IMG/VR virus record: IMGVR_UViG_3300020714_000006
Length of the DNA stretch: 64,000 bases
Strand: one strand, 5' to 3'
Origin: a virus
Taxonomy: Duplodnaviria > Heunggongvirae > Uroviricota > Caudoviricetes
Shown here: in pieces, positions 46,220-56,085 of the stretch
How the letters are laid out: every line of letters starts with the position of its first letter
How positions within the stretch are numbered: the first letter of the stretch is position 1
Position numbers and translations under genes: made by a program
The notes under the pieces: model-generated
Databases searched by the model: none
The model's input: the letters and a program-made list of their open reading frames with translations, nothing else
What the model was told of the DNA's origin: nothing

Positions 46220-46933
46220 ATGAAATATATTTTATTACTATTACTAATGGTAGTTGCACCAGTACACGCTGGGGTAATCAATGACCAATGTCCACAACTA
46301 ACTGTAAATGGAACACCATTATATCAACCACATCCAGGTGACCAAGAAATTTGTCATTTGAACTATGCAGTGATTCATAGATGTGATGTCAAAGCACCAG
46401 TAGCAGTGTTCGAACATCTATCTATGGATGATATGACAGGTCCAGCTAAAAGGAAAGACAACTTCCATCCAGATCCATCTGTTGCGCCACAATGTTCTGC
46501 AACATTAGCTGATTATGCTACTGTTGGTAACAAGTATGATCGAGGACATATGTCCCCAGCTAAGAATAATACACAAAATGATGCTGTTATGAGTGAAAGT
46601 TTTAATTTGTCTAATATGGTTCCACAAGTTGCCAATAATAATAGAGGAATTTGGAAATCACTTGAAACTATTGAACGGCAATGGGCTATGACACCAGGTA
46701 CTGATTTTTATATTATATCAGGTGGAATTTATGACCCAGGACATTTTGTAACTGGGAATGGATTAGGAATTCCAACTCGATTATATAAGATCATAGTTGA
46801 AAAGAATAGTAGAACAGTTAAAGCATATTTAATGCCAAATGCGCCATTACCAGTAGCAGATTTACCAAAATACGAAGTACCAATGGCTGCAGTTGAAGAA
46901 GCAACTCAAATGAAATTTGAGTTGGGTCAGTAA
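46220..46933 (+). CDS. Secreted DNA/RNA non-specific endonuclease (Serratia NucA/EndoG family).
   Basis: Signal peptide MKYILLLLLMVVAPVHA and the catalytic motif YDRGHMSPA (DRGH), with an N..N region downstream. Confidence 0.75.
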   Translation: MKYILLLLLMVVAPVHAGVINDQCPQLTVNGTPLYQPHPGDQEICHLNYAVIHRCDVKAPVAVFEHLSMDDMTGPAKRKDNFHPDPSVAPQCSATLADYATVGNKYDRGHMSPAKNNTQNDAVMSESFNLSNMVPQVANNNRGIWKSLETIERQWAMTPGTDFYIISGGIYDPGHFVTGNGLGIPTRLYKIIVEKNSRTVKAYLMPNAPLPVADLPKYEVPMAAVEEATQMKFELGQ

Positions 46934-46968
46934 CTCTGATAAATATTAGATATTCCAGGAGAATTAAA

Positions 46969-47337
46969 ATGAAAAGAATGTTAGTGTTAGTAGCAGTGAT
47001 ATCATTAGTAGGTTGTGCGTATATTCCAAGCAAATGGGATGGAAATGAAGCAAAAGCTATAATTGATATTGAAATGTCAGCAAAGTATTTTGATTGTGCT
47101 AATGTAAAAAGCCAAATCAATGACTTAAATAAACAAGTTGAATGGTTTAATACCTATTCAGTATCACGTGGTTCAAATGATATAGTAGCATTATTTGAAG
47201 AACTACACAAGACAGTTGCAGAATTTAAAGAACGTAGTGACCGTGGTAAGGTTAGTCCTATGTATTGCTCTTTAAAAAAGAAAATTATAGAGCAACAAAG
47301 CGACATCATTGCCCGCGCAGTGCAAAAAAGATTTTAA
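46969..47337 (+). CDS. Lipoprotein.
   Basis: Signal peptide with a LVGCAY lipobox. Confidence 0.5.
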   Translation: MKRMLVLVAVISLVGCAYIPSKWDGNEAKAIIDIEMSAKYFDCANVKSQINDLNKQVEWFNTYSVSRGSNDIVALFEELHKTVAEFKERSDRGKVSPMYCSLKKKIIEQQSDIIARAVQKRF

Positions 47338-47581
47338 GGAGAATAAAATGAGTTTATTAAGTGATATAATTAATAGTGGTCAACAATGGGCCATCGATAG
47401 AGCTAATTATGCCGTCCAAGTTTCAGAAGCAGTTGCATCTGGTCAATTGAGTGCTGAAGAAGGAAAAGAAATTTTAGCAGATCTAATTAGCACAGAAAAA
47501 CTAGAAGAATCAGCTAATAATGCTCAACTTAGAGCAGCATTGGTAGAATTAGTTACAATCGCCGCTAAAGCTATGGCTTAA
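47309..47581 (+). CDS. Hypothetical protein. The start is probably MSLLSD at 47348.
   Basis: ORF with a GGAG RBS ahead of the internal ATG. Confidence 0.4.
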   Translation: MPAQCKKDFKENKMSLLSDIINSGQQWAIDRANYAVQVSEAVASGQLSAEEGKEILADLISTEKLEESANNAQLRAALVELVTIAAKAMA

Positions 47582-47866
47582 TACTGCAGTTAACGCATTT
47601 ATTAAGTCTTCAATCAGTAATTCTTTATCAGTGAACGGATCAGATACCCATATAGTTTCTATAAATTCTTTGCCATGTTTTTTATAGTGTTTCTTCCAAT
47701 ATGTGCCGGACCCTAGATACTTATAAGGATCAGATTCTGTAGTTTTACCAAAATATTTAAGACCTGTTATTGAATGTTTTTTAATATAAAGATATGTTGG
47801 TGGTATTTCTGTATAAATACACATGCTGATGTCCTCCATAGACGTTAGAGTAGTTGGGAACGTCAA
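47549..47866 (-). CDS. Truncated Seg-type GIY-YIG homing endonuclease (nuclease domain only, 105 aa).
   Basis: YLYIKKHSITGLKYFGKTTESDPYKYLGSGTYWKKHYKKHG parallels 28705 and 63156, but the C-terminal DNA-binding half is missing. Confidence 0.55.
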   Translation of the reverse strand: MTFPTTLTSMEDISMCIYTEIPPTYLYIKKHSITGLKYFGKTTESDPYKYLGSGTYWKKHYKKHGKEFIETIWVSDPFTDKELLIEDLINALTAVLSHSFSGDCN

Positions 47867-47887
47867 TTCCGTGAACTACATCTTTAT

Positions 47888-49096
47888 TTATCTCGAATAC
47901 CTTTTCATTACGATAGTCAACGTTTCAACAAGATCGGAAATCATACCATCGGTGTGGTTCGGAGTAGGGGCGAACCTCAATCGTTCAGTACCAACTTCAA
48001 CTGTAGGAAAATTTATGGCTTGAACGTAAATGTTATAATCATTTAACAAAATATCACTTATCTCTTTGGCTTTCTTTGCATCACCAATTATTACTGGAAC
48101 AATGTGGGTTTTTCCATCCATCACTGGTATATTGTATTCTCTCATAAGAAATCTTAATTTATTCGCACGTTCTTTAATTTTCTCTCTTATTTCATTATGA
48201 TCTTTTAAATATTTCACAGCAGCCAATGCACCAGCACATATTACTGGACTTAGTGATGTTGAGAATATAAACCCAGCCGCAATACTTCTGATTGCATCTA
48301 CTACGATGGCATCAGCAGCAATATATCCACCCTGAACTCCATATGCCTTACCTAATGTTCCATTAACAATATCAACTCGATCTTGTAATCCAAGTTCTTC
48401 TAATAATCCAGCACCAGTTGGACCTATTACGCCTATGGAGTGGACTTCATCAAGATATGTTATGGCATTATACATATCAGCTAAATCACAAATTTCTTTA
48501 ATATGGCTAATATCACCATCCATACTGTATACACTTTCAAACACTATACAAGGAGTATTCCCATTTTCAACTGCTTTCTTTAAACAACTTTCTAAATCTT
48601 CTAAATCATTATGTCTGAATATTTGTTTTGGTGCTCTACTATAACTCATACCAACAATTAGACTATTATGATTTTTGCTATCACTAATAAATTCAATATT
48701 GTTAATGATCTTAGATAATGAAATCAATGATGACTCATTTGCCACATATGCTGAAGTAAATAACAATGCTTTTTCTTTCTTATGTAATGATGCCAATTCA
48801 TGTTCAAGTGCAACGTGGTAATGGCTAGTACCAGATATATTTCTAGTACCACCAGACCCAGCACCAGTCATATCTAATGCTGTTCTCATTGCATCTAATA
48901 CTACTTTAGACTGACCCATGCCCAAATAATCATTTGAACACCAATTGACAATGTTCTTAATAGCATATGGGCCATACCATATTGCATTAGGAAATTTACC
49001 TTGTTCTCGCAGTATGTCATTGAAAACACGATACTTTCCATTATCTTTTAAATTTTGTATTAAATTGTTGAAAGGAGTTTTATTAATCATTTCCAT
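47888..49096 (-). CDS. hemA: 5-aminolevulinate synthase (ALAS, alpha-oxoamine synthase family).
   Basis: KYRVFNDILREQGKFPNA, VNWCSNDYLGMGQ, GAGSGGTRNISGT, FESVYSMDGD, the PLP lysine in NGTLGKAYG, and FIFSTSL are collinear with bacterial and mitochondrial ALAS. Confidence 0.92.
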   Translation of the reverse strand: MEMINKTPFNNLIQNLKDNGKYRVFNDILREQGKFPNAIWYGPYAIKNIVNWCSNDYLGMGQSKVVLDAMRTALDMTGAGSGGTRNISGTSHYHVALEHELASLHKKEKALLFTSAYVANESSLISLSKIINNIEFISDSKNHNSLIVGMSYSRAPKQIFRHNDLEDLESCLKKAVENGNTPCIVFESVYSMDGDISHIKEICDLADMYNAITYLDEVHSIGVIGPTGAGLLEELGLQDRVDIVNGTLGKAYGVQGGYIAADAIVVDAIRSIAAGFIFSTSLSPVICAGALAAVKYLKDHNEIREKIKERANKLRFLMREYNIPVMDGKTHIVPVIIGDAKKAKEISDILLNDYNIYVQAINFPTVEVGTERLRFAPTPNHTDGMISDLVETLTIVMKRYSR

Positions 49097-49128
49097 ATTT
49101 ACCTAAATAGATAATAGAGGAAAAATTT

Positions 49129-49386
49129 ATGGCAGCCAACGGAATTTCAACATTATCTACCAAACAAGCTAAGCAAGAACAAAAACTTGCAATTGCTGAA
49201 GCAAAGCGTCAAGGCAAAACTGTAGCAGTTGATGGAACTATTACAGGTAGTTTAGACAATACTAAAAACTATTACAGACCATTACATACATTGGCAATAA
49301 ACAATTTACCAACAAAGTATAGTGGCAACAATGTAGTAGACAACCCAAATGTTGGTGGGTTAGTTCAAGGCCGTCCCTGGATATAG
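49129..49386 (+). CDS. Hypothetical protein.
   Basis: ORF with an AGAGG RBS. Confidence 0.4.
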   Translation: MAANGISTLSTKQAKQEQKLAIAEAKRQGKTVAVDGTITGSLDNTKNYYRPLHTLAINNLPTKYSGNNVVDNPNVGGLVQGRPWI

Positions 49387-49396
49387 GAATTAAAAA

Positions 49397-49717
49397 ATGA
49401 AAATGAGTGATATTTTACATAGCATAGCAGATATGCTAGATCAAAAAGATGGTGGTTTAGAAGCACCGGAAAATACAGAAAAATCAGCAGATGATTTTCA
49501 ACATGATGTCGATGACGGTGCGGAAAGTGGTGATAAAGATGCCAATATTGGTAATTTTATCCCACCATTACAAACAAAGCTTGAAATTCTTAAAAAATCT
49601 GCTGGAATGGATAACGCATTTAATCAAGATGATGAATTAAATGATATTAAAAAACTTTCAGGTGTTAAACCTATTGCAATTCAATTTGCAAGTGAAGATA
49701 ATGATATTGTAGGATAA
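49397..49717 (+). CDS. Acidic hypothetical protein.
   Basis: ORF. Confidence 0.4.
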   Translation: MKMSDILHSIADMLDQKDGGLEAPENTEKSADDFQHDVDDGAESGDKDANIGNFIPPLQTKLEILKKSAGMDNAFNQDDELNDIKKLSGVKPIAIQFASEDNDIVG

Positions 49718-49721
49718 CATA

Positions 49722-52406
49722 ATGTCAATAAGAAAAATTAGAGCAGGACGTATTCCAACTATTTCAGCAAATGAATATATTGGTGAACGTGGAACTATAT
49801 TTTGGAATGAAGATACTGGTGAACTACGCTTAAGTGATGGCATTACACCAGGTGGAAATACAGTTATTGTTGGATTTGCGTCCGAGCAAATAGCAGGAAG
49901 TGTAAAACCAGGTGGTGGATTTACTGTTTCAGCCGATGCAACACTTAGTTTGAATGTTGGATCAATGTTTGAATTAGATATAAACAATGTATTTCAGCTT
50001 AAACCTGCCACTTCTTCACAATTGGGTGGCATTAAAGCAGGTCCTGGTATCGAAATTGCATCCGATGGCACGTTACTTATTGATAGCGCTGGTCTAAGTT
50101 TTAGTTTTGGTGATTTTTATGCATCAGGAAATAATTTTTCAACTGTTAATTTAAATGAAGATGTGAACATCGTATCAAATGGTACTGGAACTGTTAACAT
50201 AGTTGGTAATTTTTCAGTTTATAAAACAGACGATACGGTAGCAGGTGCTGAAGCGGTAAGTCCGATTTTTCATATTAGTGGAGATGGACAAATACAAATG
50301 TTAGTTCCATCTGCAGACCAAAATACTGGTGCATTAGAAATAGTTGGTTCATTAGATGGTGTCTATCAAATTCCAGTTAATACAGGTGTAATGCTACATA
50401 TAACAGGTATACCACCCCAAGGAGGAATAGCTACACCGAGTCGTTTATATAACGATGCCCAAGGTTCATATGCATTATATGCTGGAAGAAGATATAATGG
50501 AACAGCGGTGTCACCATTGCCTGTATTAGCAAATGAACCACTTGTAAGATATGCTGGGGTTGGCTATGCTAGTGGTGGTTGGCCAGGATTTGGGCCAGCT
50601 AGAATGGAAATTAATGCTGGTGAAAATTTAACTAATACTAATCAAGGTGGATATTTAACATTCTATGCTACACCAAATGGTCAAATTGCAAGTACAAATA
50701 ATACTAAATTAGTTGCTAGAATGGATACTACCAGCGGTATTGTATCATCTAAATTAAATGTTGTAAATTATACCGTTATCAATGGGCATTTAAATGCAGT
50801 TCCTCTGGTTATTAACGTATCTGGTGCAAGTGGAACAGCAGGAACTGCTACATTAACTTTTTCAACACAACCATTCCCACCATTCTTGGTAGGTGGAAAA
50901 ATTACTGTTTCTAGTATGAATCCAGCAGGATACAATGCGAATTCGGTGACAGTTACTGCATGTACAACGACATCAGTAAGCTATAGTAATGCCACTACCG
51001 CAACATTTGTTGCTGGGGGAATTATAACTGGATTGGATACTATTGTTCTTAATTCTGGATTGGTTGGTGCAATTGATAATATTAACATCGGAACATCAAC
51101 TCCTGGCACTGGTGCTTTTTCTGCATTATCTGCATCAAATGTCTCATCATCTACTGGAGTAGTTTCACTAGGAACATTTGCTGGCTCATTCACCGATGGC
51201 GTAATCATCGATTATGCAAATAGCATAGGTCGTATTAGTGTAGGAGACAATGATGGAATTACATTTTATAAAAGTGCAAATACAACTAGAGCAGCATTAC
51301 TAGCAATAAATTCAAATGGAAATTTAACATTATCTGGAAATACATTAACTATATCAAATGCAACATGCTATATAGTTAATACAACTGCAACAACTGTTAA
51401 TTTTGCTGGTGCAGCTACCACATTGAACATTGGAAATTCTAGTGGCACTACTACAATATCTGGTAATTTATCTGTTTCTAATACCATATCTGGTAGTGTT
51501 AGTGGCAACGCTGGAACTGCGACTAAACTGGCAACAACAACTAACATAAATGGAGTTAGTTTTGATGGATCGTTGTCTTCATACACATTAACAGCTGCAG
51601 CAGGAACCTTAACAGGAACTACCTTAAATTCAACCATAGTAAATAGTAGTTTAACAAGTGTTGGAGCATTAACTAGTGGTAGTATAGGTTCTGGATTTAC
51701 TGCAATACCTAACTCAGCGTTAGCACATAATAGTACAACTATAGGTACTACTGCGATTAGTTTAGGTAGTTCAAGTACAACATTAAGTGGTATGTCTAGT
51801 ATAACATTTGCTGGTGCAACTAGCGGAACTTCATTATTACAATCTCAAGCAATCGCTGCAACAACAACATTTACTTTACCATCAACTACCGGTACATTAA
51901 TAGGTACAGGCGATACTGGCACAGTATCTAATTCTATGCTATCACATAGCACAATTTCTGGAGTTGCTTTAGGTAATAACTTAAATTCTTTAACAACAGG
52001 ATTTGGATTACAATTATCTTCAGGAACAACATATAATGGTAGTTCATCTCTTACATTAAATAAATATTACACAATAACTGGACCAGTATCTATAGTATCT
52101 AATGCTTATGCGTTAGACTTAGGAACAGCAAATGGTGTTGTTATTTTAGATAACGCTGGTGCTGCATTTACTATTACTATTTCTAATCCGCTAGCAGGTA
52201 GAAATATTCGTGTATTAGTTACATCATTAAAAGGAAATCCAGTAATTACTATTAGTGGATTATCTGCGTCAAATAGTAGTAATGGAACACTTACATTCAC
52301 TTCAAATTATGGTCCAGGTACTACTACATTTGCATTAATTGAATTCATTTGTACCTCTAGTGCTCTGTCTGGGGTTTATATGAATATATCTGGTGGGGCT
52401 AAATAA
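49722..52406 (+). CDS. Large tail fibre or structural protein (894 aa).
   Basis: Very Thr/Ser/Gly/Asn-rich beta composition; the tracked ORFs on the complementary strand inside it are not called as genes. Confidence 0.6.
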   Translation: MSIRKIRAGRIPTISANEYIGERGTIFWNEDTGELRLSDGITPGGNTVIVGFASEQIAGSVKPGGGFTVSADATLSLNVGSMFELDINNVFQLKPATSSQLGGIKAGPGIEIASDGTLLIDSAGLSFSFGDFYASGNNFSTVNLNEDVNIVSNGTGTVNIVGNFSVYKTDDTVAGAEAVSPIFHISGDGQIQMLVPSADQNTGALEIVGSLDGVYQIPVNTGVMLHITGIPPQGGIATPSRLYNDAQGSYALYAGRRYNGTAVSPLPVLANEPLVRYAGVGYASGGWPGFGPARMEINAGENLTNTNQGGYLTFYATPNGQIASTNNTKLVARMDTTSGIVSSKLNVVNYTVINGHLNAVPLVINVSGASGTAGTATLTFSTQPFPPFLVGGKITVSSMNPAGYNANSVTVTACTTTSVSYSNATTATFVAGGIITGLDTIVLNSGLVGAIDNINIGTSTPGTGAFSALSASNVSSSTGVVSLGTFAGSFTDGVIIDYANSIGRISVGDNDGITFYKSANTTRAALLAINSNGNLTLSGNTLTISNATCYIVNTTATTVNFAGAATTLNIGNSSGTTTISGNLSVSNTISGSVSGNAGTATKLATTTNINGVSFDGSLSSYTLTAAAGTLTGTTLNSTIVNSSLTSVGALTSGSIGSGFTAIPNSALAHNSTTIGTTAISLGSSSTTLSGMSSITFAGATSGTSLLQSQAIAATTTFTLPSTTGTLIGTGDTGTVSNSMLSHSTISGVALGNNLNSLTTGFGLQLSSGTTYNGSSSLTLNKYYTITGPVSIVSNAYALDLGTANGVVILDNAGAAFTITISNPLAGRNIRVLVTSLKGNPVITISGLSASNSSNGTLTFTSNYGPGTTTFALIEFICTSSALSGVYMNISGGAK

Positions 52407-52813
52407 TGAAAATAAGAGAAATAATTAACGAAGGGTTAGCGCAAGATAAAGCAAATTTAATAATTAAAAAATTTATACAGTTTGCACAAGACCATTTAGA
52501 GTTAGCTGAATTACCTTCTATTTCTCTAAACACTAATTCACACATAAGTATTGAACATAAATCATTTGGTGGATATAGTCCATCTGATAAAAGTATTAAT
52601 GTTATGATGTCTAATAGACATATACAAGACGTGCTTCGTACAATTGCACATGAACTTACGCATTATAAACAAGATCTAAATGGTGAATTAAATGCGGATA
52701 GTGGCAAAGATGGTAGCCCACAAGAAAATTCTGCAAATTCTACTGCAGCTATAATCCTTAGAAAGTGGGGTAAATTACACCCAGAATTATTTGGATATGA
52801 GGCTATAGAATGA
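52406..52813 (+). CDS. HExxH-motif protein, possibly a Zn-metallopeptidase or fibre assembly factor.
   Basis: HELTHY motif; ATGA overlap with the fibre gene. Confidence 0.4.
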   Translation: MKIREIINEGLAQDKANLIIKKFIQFAQDHLELAELPSISLNTNSHISIEHKSFGGYSPSDKSINVMMSNRHIQDVLRTIAHELTHYKQDLNGELNADSGKDGSPQENSANSTAAIILRKWGKLHPELFGYEAIE

Positions 52814-52840
52814 AAAAAGGCCCGTTAAGGGCCTTTTACT
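52812..52840. terminator. Bidirectional intrinsic terminator.
   Basis: An A6 run, then ggccc gttaa gggcc, then a T4 run. Confidence 0.7.
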
Positions 52841-53088
52841 TATTTCTTACCTACAAATTCATTCATGCTATTTGCAATATCAAGAACTTTTTCAATGGTT
52901 GGAAAATCTGGTCTGTCTGGTGGAATAGTAAATCTATCTAGTTGTTCTAGCATCAAATATAGTTCATACTCTCTAAATCGTGCATTAAAATCACTTATTG
53001 CTAAATCTTTAGACATTGCTAGTATATCAGTTCTGATATCATAACCCGTTTTACCACTTGTTTTTACTTCCCTGCTTTGTAATGACAT
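52840..53088 (-). CDS. Hypothetical protein.
   Basis: ORF on the minus strand. Confidence 0.4.
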   Translation of the reverse strand: MSLQSREVKTSGKTGYDIRTDILAMSKDLAISDFNARFREYELYLMLEQLDRFTIPPDRPDFPTIEKVLDIANSMNEFVGKK

Positions 53089-53177
53089 AATATTCTCCTT
53101 GTGTTCTTTAATTAAATAGTAAAAATGATATTATAGTATATTTTGTTATGGTTGTCAAGTCTCTATAAATAATTTAA

Positions 53178-54458
53178 ATGAAAACAATAATTAAATCAAG
53201 TCAACATAATATCAAATTTGCTAATATTGGTAAACAACTGATATTAAAAGAATTCATTACCGAATATGATCGGGTATTGTGGTGGTTTGTTGATTATTTA
53301 TGGAATAATAAAATCATTTGGGGCAATAATAGAACTTTAGATATCAAAAATAATAAATTAGATGTTCCAAGTTTTATTTCTACCACTGATATCGATTTAA
53401 TTACCGATCTTTCAGCAAGGGCAATTAAATTAGCGTCAGGGGAAGCTCTGGCAATTATCAAAAGTAGAACAGAAAAACGAAGAAAACAATTATTTGTTCT
53501 CGCTAAACAAATGCGTGCTGGTGATAAATCTATTTCAAAATTACAATCAAAAATTGATAGTAATCCATTATCAAAACCAACACGAAATAGCAATAATTTA
53601 GTAGCAAATTTGGATAGTAATTGCTGTAAATATATCCCAGATACCACTGGTATCTTTGATGGATGGCTGAAATTATCATCACTTGGTAAAAGGTATGGAC
53701 ATATTTATATACCAATTAAAACAACAAGGCATTCAAATCAATTAGCCAAGAAAGGTTATAAAATGATTACTAGTTGGCAGATTTCTACTAACACTTTATA
53801 TTCCAGATGGGAAACTACACGAGAGAAATCAACTGGTAGTAAAATCATTGGTGCAGACCAAGGATATGTTACTTGCTTATCATTAAGTGATGGACAAACA
53901 ACTAGTGCTGATATGCATGGTCATGATTTACATAGTATAATCAATAAGTTATCATATAAAAAGAAAGGCAGTAATGGCTTTAAACGAGTACAGGAACACC
54001 GAACAAATTATATCAATTGGTCCATAAATCAATTGGATTTATCAAATATAAAAGAACTCAGATTAGAAAAGTTATTTCAAATGAGAAAAGGTTCTAATAT
54101 GGGAAGAAATTTAAGTCATTGGACTTATACACAAATCAATGCACAGATAATGAAGCGATGTGAAGAACTGGGTGTCCCAGTAATCGAGCAATCGGCTAGT
54201 TATAGAAGTCAAAGATGTAGTGATTGTGGATGGACCCAAAAATCAAATAGGAAGGGAAAGGAGTTTATATGCAATCAATGTGGCGTATGCCATGATGCCG
54301 ATATAAATGGCGCCCTAAATCATGAAGCCGACTTATATCGGCTCCCTGTTGGTTTTTGGCAGAACAAATTTAATATCAAGGGGTTCTATTGGACTTCTAG
54401 AATGGTATTAGATTTATCTGGTGCGGAGCTTATAGTCCCGCATGTACAAAATGTATGA
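53178..54458 (+). CDS. tnpB: TnpB (IS200/IS605 OrfB-family RuvC-like nuclease), stand-alone.
   Basis: RuvC-I motif IGADQG, a Zn finger (CSDCGW...CNQCGVC) and RuvC-III motif DADINGALN. No tnpA is adjacent. Confidence 0.85.
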   Translation: MKTIIKSSQHNIKFANIGKQLILKEFITEYDRVLWWFVDYLWNNKIIWGNNRTLDIKNNKLDVPSFISTTDIDLITDLSARAIKLASGEALAIIKSRTEKRRKQLFVLAKQMRAGDKSISKLQSKIDSNPLSKPTRNSNNLVANLDSNCCKYIPDTTGIFDGWLKLSSLGKRYGHIYIPIKTTRHSNQLAKKGYKMITSWQISTNTLYSRWETTREKSTGSKIIGADQGYVTCLSLSDGQTTSADMHGHDLHSIINKLSYKKKGSNGFKRVQEHRTNYINWSINQLDLSNIKELRLEKLFQMRKGSNMGRNLSHWTYTQINAQIMKRCEELGVPVIEQSASYRSQRCSDCGWTQKSNRKGKEFICNQCGVCHDADINGALNHEADLYRLPVGFWQNKFNIKGFYWTSRMVLDLSGAELIVPHVQNV

Positions 54459-54559
54459 TTTATACAAACTGTATGTCTGTGAATATATATTATACTAAAT
54501 TATATAAAAATAGTCAAGATAATTTAATAATAAAATAAATACAGTATAAGGAACATCGG

Positions 54560-54814
54560 ATGAAAAAATCAACTCGCTCCATACTACAAGAATTAAGTGA
54601 AATTGGATTAAGTAGAGATACTAATCTAATAATAGAAAGTCGTGCTTCTAATATAATACAAAGTGCGATAAATCTAATTGAACTAATTAAAGAAAACTAC
54701 GATCCAGAAATCTCTGATGATTTAGAACGTAGATTCATCAATAGTATTAAATCAGGTGATACAACTAAATTCAAAAGGGGCCTTAAAAAACTACAAGAAA
54801 GTAAGAAAATTTAA
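54560..54814 (+). CDS. Hypothetical protein.
   Basis: ORF with a GGAAC RBS. Confidence 0.4.
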   Translation: MKKSTRSILQELSEIGLSRDTNLIIESRASNIIQSAINLIELIKENYDPEISDDLERRFINSIKSGDTTKFKRGLKKLQESKKI

Positions 54815-54879
54815 CTTTTTTGATAAATAATATTATAAACCTACAGAGTGTGGGTTGAAAAGCATATAGGAGAAAGATT

Positions 54880-55332
54880 ATGCCATCATTATTAGGAACA
54901 ACAGGCATCGACGGAACAGTGAACACTGGCGTTGCTGCTAATTATTTAAAAACAAAACCAACTACACAACTTGGTACTCGTGCATTAGTATTTTTAAACA
55001 TCACTTTGAGTGGTTCAGGTGCACCAGACTTAACTAAACAATCTGGTTCATCAGGTACTTATACTGACCCACAAAGTTATTTAACTACTCTAGTGCGTAC
55101 AGTTCAGGGTTATGCTGAAATTTATGCAATCGGTACACCAACTGCAACTGATATTACTATTGCTATCGCTAGCAACACTGCTAATGATTCAGCTGATGGT
55201 AGTAACGTTTCTGATAGTTCTTGGGGTGATATCGAAGTAGCAGTATGGACTGCACTAGGTTCTTGGAATTCACCAATAGGAACTAACGTTGTAGCTTCAG
55301 CTAAAAGCTTATCAGGTGCTACATTGGTTTAA
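54880..55332 (+). CDS. Candidate abundant virion protein.
   Basis: AGGAGAAAG RBS, Gly/Thr/Ser/Ala-rich, and followed by a strong terminator. Confidence 0.4.
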   Translation: MPSLLGTTGIDGTVNTGVAANYLKTKPTTQLGTRALVFLNITLSGSGAPDLTKQSGSSGTYTDPQSYLTTLVRTVQGYAEIYAIGTPTATDITIAIASNTANDSADGSNVSDSSWGDIEVAVWTALGSWNSPIGTNVVASAKSLSGATLV

Positions 55333-55352
55333 TAACTAGTTTAAATTAGATT

Positions 55353-55388
55353 AAAAAGCCTCGATTTATTCGGGGCTTTTTTTTGTCT
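55353..55388 (+). terminator. Strong intrinsic terminator.
   Basis: gcctcg atttatt cggggc followed by T8. Confidence 0.8.
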
Positions 55389-55817
55389 GCTAAATATAAG
55401 ATGATTTATAATTTATATACACTTGTAGATATCACACATACTGGACAATACCGTGCTGAACCTGGTAAGGAAGCTGCTCGATGGAAAGAACAAAACTTCA
55501 ATACCATCATCCAAACATTGGGTATTCGTTCTAATGTTTTCTATAGTATCAACCCAACTCTAGTAGAAGTAAAAGGAAAAGTTGTTGGGTTTAATACCAA
55601 TGATATTATAAGAGTATGGAGATTTGATTTTGAATCTGAACGTGATTTTGTTTATGAAAAAGACGGTGATCCTGTTGGATTTCTTAAAGATGACTTTAAT
55701 TTAGTTCCATATATCAATGGGTTAGATGAACTAATGGAACAAAAGTATGCAGTATTTGTGACTGAAGGTAAAGGTAAGAATATAGTTTTTAACCATTTTC
55801 CGATAAATACACTATAA
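55383..55817 (+). CDS. Hypothetical protein.
   Basis: ORF. Confidence 0.4.
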   Translation: MSAKYKMIYNLYTLVDITHTGQYRAEPGKEAARWKEQNFNTIIQTLGIRSNVFYSINPTLVEVKGKVVGFNTNDIIRVWRFDFESERDFVYEKDGDPVGFLKDDFNLVPYINGLDELMEQKYAVFVTEGKGKNIVFNHFPINTL

Positions 55818-55823
55818 CCTCAT

Positions 55824-56084
55824 TTGGGAGTCACAATGGAGAACGGAATGTCACTAAAACCAACTGATATTGAAAAAGAAAACTTAGAGAGTCACGTAGA
55901 ATTATGTGCATTACGTTATCAAAATTTAGAATCAAGATTACATACAATTGAAACTAAAGTAGAAGTATTAGCTGAAAAAATAGAAGAAAGTAAAGGCAGT
56001 ATGAGCAAAGTCATCATAGGTGCAACTGCTACTATTATAGCTGGTATTCTCTCAACTATTGTTACTATATTAATAAAATTCTAA
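55824..56084 (+). CDS. Small protein with a C-terminal transmembrane helix.
   Basis: Coiled-coil N-terminus and a hydrophobic tail. Confidence 0.4.
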   Translation: MGVTMENGMSLKPTDIEKENLESHVELCALRYQNLESRLHTIETKVEVLAEKIEESKGSMSKVIIGATATIIAGILSTIVTILIKF

Positions 56085-56085
56085 T

